A stretch of 64,000 bases of DNA, taken from Ascidiella aspersa. Taxonomy: Eukaryota. This document shows positions 55,301 through 64,000 of the stretch, piece by piece (position 1 is the first letter of the stretch; each line of letters opens with the position of its first letter). The notes below the pieces were generated by a model that saw only the letters and a program-made list of their open reading frames with translations, was not told the DNA's origin and ran no database searches. The stretch is taken from contig OZ004613.1 of NCBI GenBank assembly GCA_963924565.1, forward strand, positions 7,068,001-7,132,000, written 5' to 3'. Position numbers and translations under genes: made by a program.

Positions 55301-58027
55301 TGGTTGAGGAGGAGCAAGGATGAAGAGGAGAAGAGATGCAAGTCCTGTGGAGGAGCGGAGAAGAGTGGAAGGATAAAGTGGAACAAAGGGACGACCGTGG
55401 ATAAGTGCGACTGGGATTTCGCGGTGAGTAGTGAGTCAGGGAAGATAAACAAACGAGTATTGCTAGTGCTGGGATAAGGTTTACTTTTGCGAGTAATAAC
55501 AAATGTTGCGAGTTAGGCATGTCCGATACCCGATATTTTGGACAAAAAGTATCTCGATCCCATCCGATACCAAATGACGTCATTGCTATAGCCAAACAAA
55601 TACCAAGTCAAATGCGATTGGGATTTCGCGGTGAGTTTAGCGAGTTAGGGATGATAGATAAACGAGTATAGCTACTGTTGAGATAAGGTTCGCATTTGCG
55701 AGTAATAACAAATGTTGCGAGTTAAACATGTCCGATGAAAACGTTTAAACTAAATTTCCGATATGTGTCCGATTAAAAAAAGAACTATCATAAACTTTAG
55801 AGCATAATGGTTGGGGGTTGTAGTAAGACGTAAGAAGAATATTAAAGACTACGAATGATGTTGAAAATGAAGAAATAGATATTCGAAACGTTCAAAATGC
55901 TACTAACTTCTGTATGGGCTTTGATATTCTCGTAATACACCTGAATGCGGTCGTAAATAAACATTTCTCGTATTCAACCGGTACTCGCACCTTGGCGTAT
56001 CCGCACTAAATACAAAAACTGTACTAAAACTCGCAATCAGAGATCTCCGATACTTGACATTATATTCCCGATAGCTAATACCAAATGACGTTATTACTAT
56101 GCTCAAACAAGCACAAATGAAATTGAACAGTTTAAAGGGATTTTTTAAAGTTTTTACGTGAAAATTTGCTGTAGGTTTAAGAAGTTCAGTTACTGTTATT
56201 TGTTAACCGATCTTTTTCTGATAAATTCACCTTTCAAGGTCTTTCCCATATTTATTTAGTTGGTATGGGATCGGCAACGATACTAGCACTTGACATCGGG
56301 TATCGGCCCCGAACCGATATTATCGGACACCCCTAGTGGCGAGTTAGGGATGCTAAATAAACGATTTGCTATATACTGTTGGTATAAGGTTCACATTTGC
56401 GAGTAATAACATTGCGAGTTTAAAAGTTTCCAGCACACTGTTTGTATTTATTGAGGATGCGCTAAAGAAGGGGTAGGTTTTGCGAATTGAGTTCGACAAA
56501 TGTTTGCATTGAAGTATACGAGAGCATTATTTTTAATCAGATAAATTTAGAAATCAAGTTTCGTTAAAAGATACCCATCACTAAACAAAACATTTAGTGT
56601 AAGTCTAGAGAACCTATTACCACACATATCGGGAATTTTATTTAAACGTTTGTACCACACGTTTGCTGGGAACGCATTCATTATAAAAAGAAAAGGTTAC
56701 AAGAAAAAAAAGATTGACTATACATTTTAGGAATGCTCTATAAATAAGGGAAGTTTCCTAGGAAATGGTATTAATGTGTAATTTTTTGTCCTACTATAAT
56801 GACATTCTGAGCGTGAAATTTTTTAACACTTTTCCTGTTTACTGGAAATGAGTTGGCTACTATAGGGCTCGGTACAAGTATTGGTCTTTTTAGTAGCTTA
56901 ATGGTATAAGTTAGATGTTTTATAAATTTGCAATATGTTGTTTGTTGATCGGAAGTAATTTAAAGTTAGGTTGGTTTGTCGCACCTTAAACCTTTTAAAA
57001 TCGATTATAGATAACGCAATCACTGAGTTCGTTGTTTGCATTTTTATCTTGTAGGATTACATCCATTCCCTCCTAAGCGCCTCATCGTTTATCGTGTGTG
57101 CTGTTTGTATGATAGCCTACGTACCAGACGACTATCAGCATCCCGTAGAGGTAATTACCTATTAAATATATTTCTCTCTTATGGAAATCTAAATCTGCGA
57201 TTGTTGCATTTTTGTAAACGATAATTTTTTGGGAGCATAACAATTGAAGGTTGTATTAAGACCTAGTAAGAACATCAAAGTCCATAAGAATTAGGTAGCA
57301 TATTGGACGTTTCAACTAACTCTTTATTCATAAACATAGACTATGTAAAATGATACCTACTTCTGTATGGGCTTTCATATTCTTACTATGATAGTTTAAT
57401 TTTTTTCATAATTCATTAAATAAGTGCGAGTTAGTTGAAGCACCCTTCGGGAACCGTAACTGCGCAAAACAATTATTCGAAACGTTTAAAATGCTACCTA
57501 CTTCTGTATGGCTTTAGTATTCATTCCACGTCTAACTATAACCTCCAGCACCGCATTATACACCAAAGTTTATCTAAAGTCATACCCTCCTCAAACAGCC
57601 CAGATATATTTACTACTATTTTTTAATTAGTATTTTTCATAATTTATCGAAAAAGCGTGAGTTAGTAAACGCACCCTACAACATCCTGCGCAAAACAATA
57701 CGCTCATAGCACTACAGTATACCTTCGATTTATTTTCAAAAGGTGGGAATCAAGGTTCTCAGCTTTCTCCTTGACCTCATCCTCTGCTTGCTCTTCACAA
57801 AGTCGTGCATGTCGTCCTACTTCCAGTACTACGGACCAGGCGACCTGTGCGAATGCGAAGCTCGACTCGTGGCCATCTACGACAGCTCAAGTGCGTCGTC
57901 TAGCGGTGGCGGATATTCGGACGAAACGACCGCCGACGAAGACTCGTCGCGCATTTCGCTGGTCGCCAAGAAGTCGAAGCGGAAAGGCGGAAAGACCTAC
58001 ACGATGCTCGACAACGAGACTTCGTGA
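43305..58027 (+). CDS. Uncharacterised ~226-aa membrane protein with three predicted TM helices
   Basis: Exons 55139-55423 and 57743-58027 are clearly coding (GC-rich, strong splice sites, phase 0). Upstream exons 43305-43384 (ends cg|gtaagc) and 46861-46891 (tttcag|...tta|gtaagt) splice in frame but are less certain. Hydrophobic segments: WKTIVASCPLIFILIDLIATESVFLFL, VILCLTLLTTSASLGVSWWL, VGIKVLSFLLDLILCLLFT. Confidence 0.7.
45213..45529. mobile_element. hAT (Buster/Charlie-like) MITE
   Basis: Termini CAGTGTTTCGCAAC / GTTGAGAACCACTG; TSD GTGTATAG/GCGTATAG. Confidence 0.8.
46415..46560 (+). mobile_element. Family D repeat (representative copy): degenerate hammerhead-like head plus ~80-bp tail
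   Basis: Consensus TGTTGAAAA-T-GAATAA-agag-TTATTC-GAAA-CG-TT-CAAAATGATACCTACTTCTGTATGGGCTTTGATATTCTTACTACGTCTTAC. Other copies at ~3003-3075, 10958-11138, 14676-14808, 40935-41030, 55795-55935, 57248-57390, 57472-57560, 61852-61966, 62449-62562 and 63555-63642. Confidence 0.75.
47415..47719. mobile_element. hAT-like MITE, degenerate
   Basis: Termini CAGTGATTCTTAAC / GTTGGAAAACCACTA; no clear TSD. Confidence 0.5.
51996..52391. mobile_element. hAT (Buster/Charlie-like) MITE nested in a GACTT-family remnant
   Basis: Termini CAGACTTTCTTAACC / GGTTAAGAACCCCTG; perfect TSD ATCTAAAA; subterminal palindrome ggggtaaatttacccc. Confidence 0.8.
54152..54633. mobile_element. Young hAT-type MITE with GGAGCC/GGAGCT hexamer arrays
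   Basis: Perfect 15-bp TIR CAGGGCTGGGGAGCC / GGCTCCCCAGCCCTG and perfect TSD CTTCAAAC. Confidence 0.9.
54770..54880 (+). mobile_element. Penelope-like pLTR fragment (family C) with intact minimal hammerhead motif
   Basis: ACC-CTGACGA-A-GGCGGCTT-gtat-AGGTTGCC-GAAA-CG-TT-GGT. The tail tgcctggtagcaacag recurs at ~25106 and inverted at ~23240. Confidence 0.75.
55514..56335. mobile_element. CCGATA-family hAT-like element(s), rearranged; related copies at ~24030-24380, 29130-29420, 30975-31375 and 43500-43850
   Basis: Termini TAGGCATGTCCGATA / TATCGGACACCCCTA, the shared internal motif ataccaaatgacgtcatt, and multiple ccgata/tatcgg repeats. Confidence 0.6.
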
Positions 58028-61000
58028 CGTATAGGCACGTCGAATTGTCATGACGTAGGCACGTGGTGACGTCATTTTCAGTAGCGAAATGACATCGACA
58101 GTTGCGTAGCCACCGTACTGTCGGACACATCAGGGTGCGCTTTTGTTGTTTTGTAGTGTTTTTTTTCGCGCCAAATTGACTGTACTATGACGTCATTTGA
58201 AATGTGTTCACTGCACTATGACGTCGTATAAAATCCAATGACGTCACGTCGATACGCAGATGTCTTGCCTTTTTGAGCACTTTTAGAGAAACTCGCCTAT
58301 CGGTTGTTATATTTTCTTTCTTTACTTGTATCGTTTCTCACCAAATTAGAAAACAAACAAAAATTAAAAAGTGTGTGTTGCTAGAACCATCCAACCATTG
58401 CACTACTAAAATGATTTTCGTTTATTTTTGATCAAAACCTTTAAAAACACGCTTTAGCAAATTATGGATCCTTGCTTTCCTTCTATATTACCTTTTTCAT
58501 TGCTATTTTGTACGTTTTACATTCTTCACTTCGCAGGTGCCTAGCTTATTTCTTCATCAGGCCTTAAGTGCAATACACTGAATAACACGAATTATCAAGT
58601 CTAGTTTTTGTTTCGACTAGTTTTACATGCCATTTAGTTTGTATTTTGCCCGAATAGAGGTTCGCAAAATCAATTATAATTTTAAGATGACAAACTCCGA
58701 GGAAGTGAACTGTTTTTTACCGGTTTTGTACAAGTTTTAAACGTGTTTCAAATACAGTCAAGTCATGTGAAAACTGCGGTGGTCACTACAACACTAAACA
58801 ATGGACATCACTATATACAACAGGACTATATCTAGTTTTTGGTAATATTAAACAAACGTATTTACAATCCATAAAATTATTTTAGATTTAAATTCGACAT
58901 TAGAAAGACAAATAACTTGCAATATTCCTCGACTGCGCTAGTGAAGTCAGCCATTGCACAATCTTCTGTTAACAAACCTAGATAAAGCTAGACAGTTTTC
59001 AGTTTGGGATTTGTTGCACTTAATCATTAGGCGACGTCACAAAAGCGGAATTTGCCGCGGGAAATCGTGCACGCGTGATTGGATAAAAAACGAGACATTT
59101 TGGTTTTATCGTGTTCGAATTGTTAGCCTTGCCCATTATGGTTGTTGTGGAAAGAAAGCCATATTTGTTATACGTTTAAACTTTAAAACAAATCAAATAG
59201 AAAAAAATGCTGAAAAATATAGGACCGTGGATGTTTTTTGTTGTATTACCAGTCCAACATGATGCCTTACAAAAATACGTCATTACAGGTACGAAAATAC
59301 ATATTGACTTGTCTTGTACCCATGTTTTGAAAACAAGTACCAAGCTCACCGATCATCTATCAGACGTTCAAAACACACTATGGTTAACATCAGAGTTCAG
59401 CAAACTTTTTTCATGAAGGGCTGAATAACTGTTAAGGCCAGGCTAGATATCAAATTTCGTGCCGAACATTTATAATCTGATTACCGCGACCCTGGTGACC
59501 GTAATTTTGTGATCCTGCTTCAAAAAAACGAATAGCAAAAGTTTGGTGAACCATGGAACATCTTCTTTTATTGCTGCACCAACTAACAGTTTAAACTGGA
59601 CACACAATCAGGACCAAGTCTTTTTTTAAATAAAGTGTTAACTAACGACCAACGTAGCTTTGAAAGATTAAATAAAAATAGTGCGTTGACACTTTTGAAT
59701 GAGAATAGTGTTAGTACTACATGTTTAATTACTACTGCGACTTTCGTCTATATAAGAAGTTCTTCAAACTGGCGAGTGTTATCTGATCGTTTGATGGTTA
59801 GTTGTATTACTTTCTTACAGTTCCAAACTCGCAGAAATCCGCTTTAGGTAACCATAACAAAAACTGACGGTTTTTCTCTTTTATTCATTTCTGGAGCGCC
59901 TCGTACAATGTACATGAATGCCGGGGTGTGTACCAAAAAAAAAATACTTTTGAGAAACAACGAAAAGGGAAAGTCGCTACCGCTACAACACAAGCAAGCG
60001 GGAAAAGAAGAGAAGGTAAAAGGGGAAGGAGCGTTCGCGAAAGTTCGCGGGGTTTCGCAAAAGTTCGCGGAGTTTCGCGAAACGCGAACGCGTCGGCCGT
60101 CAAACGCATTTTTTCTTATATACAACAGGTTAAAATGAGCCTAAAACGTAAGAGGCGGGTAAATGGAGAAAAAACGACGGTGGCCGCCAAGGGTGGGCCA
60201 ATTAAAAGCGAAAAACAATCGATGACGTCATCATTGGCAAAACGTGACGTAGAAACCAAGCAATGTGGCACGAAATGTGCCGAAGTCGCCGTACGTTTGA
60301 ACTCTAGAATAATTTGAGCGCGAGTCGAAAATAAAAGAAAGAAAAGAAAAAAAGCAGGCGTCGCCGCATGGTGGCGCCACGGTCAAACGAAATAAATAAT
60401 AAACGGGGCTCGATTGAAACGTCACAAAGCGAAAAGTCCGAATAATAACAATAATATATTGAAGCAAAACGGAAGAGCAACGCTTTATTGTCCAAATATG
60501 TTTTTAGGTAAACAATTTTATTTTAGTTTTCTTTGTAATTTAATGGTTTGTAAAAAAACTTTTAAAATAAAAGTTTTAAAACTGATTCTAAGGCCGAAAT
60601 CTGTAAGCAAGATAAATCAAACCCTTTTAATTGGCATTCGTTTTTATCCTGGTTAATTTGTCCATGGCCATGTGTTTTGCCGAGAAACATCCTCAATTAC
60701 ATCACCCAGCTTTGCTCGAATTGATAATTCCTTATTTAAATTAAACGACGAGGGTGCCACAATATGAGTTACTGAAGCTTCACCATAATATCGTCATCTC
60801 ACAGTCTACAAAGACATTTTCCGACGCAAATACATTTTCTGGATAAATGTTAGTTTACCAAGGCGTTGGATTGGATTAAAAAAAACAACAACATTTAAAA
60901 GCGCTTAAACCTGGCCTTCTTTCTTCGCACCTACACTTCATCCCTCGACCACAAATTACCGCAAATACTTTCGCATAACAACCGCCAACGTCCACAAACC

Positions 61001-61116
61001 ACCGCAACAGCATCCGATCCTTGTCACGCACGTCACAGAGGCTCTGTGACGTCACAAAAGCGCGTGCGTGCTTCAAATCGAGCAATGATTTATTTTAATC
61101 TTCAGCGAAGGCGGTG

Positions 61117-63927
61117 TCATTCCTGTATCGAAAAGGGGGCGACCCCTCTCAAGCGCGGGTAAACACCGTTGACGTCACAGGTAGGACTGGTGGGTGACGT
61201 CATACCGGGGGCGTCCCCTTGCTGCTTGAACTTGAGCGTCAAGTCCCTAGCGGCGCTGCCTAATGACTGTGGGTCGCCCATCTCTGGCAGCGAACCAATA
61301 GGAGCGCCGTTGTTGTTATTATTTGAATTTGAGTTGTTATTGTTTGAATTGTAGTAGTAGGCGCTGACCGAGGCGGCCCGCTGCTGGCGCTGTTGGGCGA
61401 TTTCGGCCGGGTCTGGCGCCCTGAAGGTCGACATGAGTTTGGCCACCGGGCTGGGGGGTACGGTGGGGGTTTGGACCGGTTTTGGGACATTAGAAGTCCG
61501 TCTGACCGAGTTGAATTTGCTGGAAGGCTTGCGACGAATGGTGGCCGTGCCAGGGTTGTTGATCTGGGTAGATATCACTGCGGAAAGAATACGGGATTTT
61601 ACAAATTTAAAGCTTAAAGTGTTTTTGTTTGTTGCAGAAAAATGGTTAGTTAGTGTTGACATCTTCTGCAAAGAAGATTGGCAACAAAGCCGTTAACTTG
61701 AAGTTTTATTAGGAAAAGGCAAGAATGGTTTGACTTGGACTTATTTTTCATTCCTGGACTTGTACTCTTTTTGAACAGACTTGTTTTAAGCACTGACAAA
61801 AGTCCTACAAAAAACTGTACTCATTTAGCATTAAGTAGAGTTTTATCGACTATGTTGGAAATAAATAAAGATTTATTCAAAACGTTCAAAATGATATCTA
61901 CTTTTATATGGGTTTTGATATATTCTTAAAACGTCTTACCACAACCTCCAACCGTAATGCCCCTAACAATAAACCATTCAAACTATCACCAACCAGCAAT
62001 TTACGCTGACCATATGATGCATAGCTAGAGATGAATAAAAAAAATCTGCGTTGTCATTAACTGCCGCATTCTGTACTAATCGCTGTTAAGTGAAATTCGC
62101 CAATATCGTTTTCGCATAGTTTCAAATTTACCACCAATTTTTTTACAATCAACCAAATAAAAACATCATTTTTTTGCAACTTACTGGTCCCGGTCGAAAG
62201 ACCAGCGGTGGAAGCTGGTCTTCTGGTGCGTGGATTGCCATTATGGTGTTCGCGGGACCTGGGCATGGTCGAGTACATGTTGATCTGCTGGTCCATGGCG
62301 GGAAAGGCTGGTGGCAAGTGCTGGTTGTTTTGCGAGGATGGATGGTCGTCGCCGTTGGTCGAACCATAGTCGGTGTCTGCACCAAAACATTTCAAGTTAA
62401 GCTAATTTGCCGCAAATTTTTAAGTTGGTGATTGTTGCAATCAACTGATGCATAATGGTTTGAGGCATTGGTTGGACGTTGGAAGCGTATCAAAGCCTAT
62501 GTATAAGTAAGTGTCATTTTGAACGTTTATACAGTAGATAACTCTTTATTTATTTTCAACATATTAATAAGGCACTGATTCTGAATATACTCTAATACAG
62601 GGGTCGGCAACCCCTGAGGTGATTTTTCAGGGCACGCCAAATTATTTAACGCGCTCGTTAAATCACCTTAAAAAATGCAACCATTACATCACTATCACAT
62701 CATTAACATTATTATTACATGAATAACACTAGCGCCAACTAAACTGTTGCACACATTTCTAGTTCGATATGCAGTGTTTGTGTCACAAATTAGTGTCTTA
62801 AATGGTGTATTTAATATTATTCTTTTGTGGGCGTTATACTTGTTGTCTACGACTAACCGTTTGTATTAAGTCACAATAAATGCCCTAAAATTGGCGCGAT
62901 GTTTACTGCGGTAAAGCAGGGCATTCTACATTAAAGTACGTACGTGTGTTTTTGTGCGACTGAGAAACCTAGCTTAAAGCGAAACTGTAAGTTAACACTT
63001 CTAAAGTTACCGGCTGAAAAACGTTGAAGCGTATTCCAAAGTAGCGGGCACAGTATTGTGTTCGTGACAGTTTGTTTTTTTCAGCAGGGTTAAGGAATCT
63101 TTACAGAATTTAACTTATGAAATTAGGTTTAATGGCGTCTCCCAAGATACGTAAATTAGATGTCAGATGATTCGCAACTTAGATGTCAGTAAGATCACAG
63201 CAGGGTTGCGGAGTCGGACTCGGGACTCAAGTAAGACTAGGTAAAACTACCCGAGCCCGAAATGTGCGCATGCGCATAACCAAATTTCGAAACTATTTTC
63301 CATGAGCCCTACAAAGGATTGCGGATTATCCATCTTGTTTTATTTACGTAAATCGGTGAAGTAAAGGCTGTTGAGTCTGAGTCGGACTCGGTTGTTTTTA
63401 ACCGACTCCGCAGCCCTGGTTGCCAGTGCAAAACCAAACATACAAAAATGTGCACGCGAGTTGGTAATATTTTGAAATTATTCATAATTTGGCACACTGT
63501 ATACGAAAGGTTGCCGAACCCTGCTCTAATATATATCTTTAGTATCAGTACCTTCTCAACATGTTGAAAATGAATAAAAAGTTATTCGAAAAGTTCAAAA
63601 TGATACATACTTCTGTATGGGCTTTGATATTCTTACTACGTCCGTAAAAGTTTATAATACTTATTTTTTTTAAAGTGGCGCACAAACGCTTACCATGCGA
63701 TGCTATGGTGTCTTCCGAGCAAGCTGGAGTTGTATTCTGACTGCTGTAGCCGCTACTGCTGCTGTACTGAAGACTGTGGTTGCTGTTCTTTCGGCCCAAG
63801 GTCATCGAAGCAAAGTCACCCGGTATCGGGGTGGGGGCTGTCCCGTACAGGGGCTGGGTAAGCTGGGGCTCCTTCTTGGGTAAAGGGATATGGGTAGGGT
63901 CCGGGGGACAGTGGCCGTTGGACAGTA
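61117..63927 (-). CDS. MTSS1: MTSS1/MTSS2 (Missing-in-metastasis, I-BAR family) homologue; last three coding exons, gene continues beyond the window
   Basis: Exons 63927-63694, 62376-62185 and 61577-61117 in consistent phase. Motifs SLQYSSSSGYSSQNTTPACSEDTI, STMPR, RRPASTAGL, PGTATIRRKPS and QTPTVP match the vertebrate MTSS C-terminal region (SLQCSSGYSTQTTTPCCSEDTIP, STIPR, KRPASTAGL, PGVATIRRTPS, KTPTVP). Confidence 0.9.
62598..63523. mobile_element. hAT (Buster/Charlie-like) non-autonomous element carrying a nested GAGTCG-family MITE (63201-63418)
   Basis: Termini CAGGGGTCGGCAACC / GGTTGCCGAACCCTG with perfect TSD CTCTAATA. Inner termini CAGGGTTGCGGAGTCGG / CCGACTCCGCAGCCCTG. Confidence 0.85.
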
Positions 63928-64000
63928 CTGAAATAAATAGGTAGATTGAGGTATAAGGAAAGTAAATGCTGTGTGAAAATAAAATTGGAAAAATTGGAAA

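Noticed and set aside
58530-58565. CTGATGA on the - strand as another hammerhead
   Set aside because: No stem II or GAAA follows at a suitable distance.

Overview
AT-rich eukaryotic DNA with spliced genes. It is most likely from an ascidian (tunicate), inferred from gene style, 0.5-8 kb introns and CRE-rich exons. I rebuilt four protein-coding genes by hand, with GT-AG introns and consistent phases. (1) + strand, 9 exons, 11273-22313: a ~606-aa secreted protein with a Cys-rich region and a legumain/C13-like domain lacking both catalytic residues. (2) - strand, 24658 to ~42602: a divergent CSL (Su(H)/RBPJ-family) transcription factor with a ~500-aa low-complexity N-terminal extension and a solitary 5S rRNA gene in one intron. 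(3) + strand, 4 exons, 43305-58027: an unrecognised ~226-aa three-TM protein, head-to-head with CSL. (4) - strand: the last three exons of an MTSS1/2 (MIM) gene that ends without a recognisable WH2 motif. Non-coding DNA is dense with hAT-type MITEs (8-bp TSDs, several nested) and has one PIF/Harbinger-like MITE. The most striking feature is at least six short repeat families carrying minimal, Penelope-type hammerhead ribozyme motifs, most of them arranged as fold-back inverted repeats. The palindrome TGACGTCA occurs about 20 times against about 1 expected, mostly in exons. Coordinates were counted by hand and may be off by a few bases.
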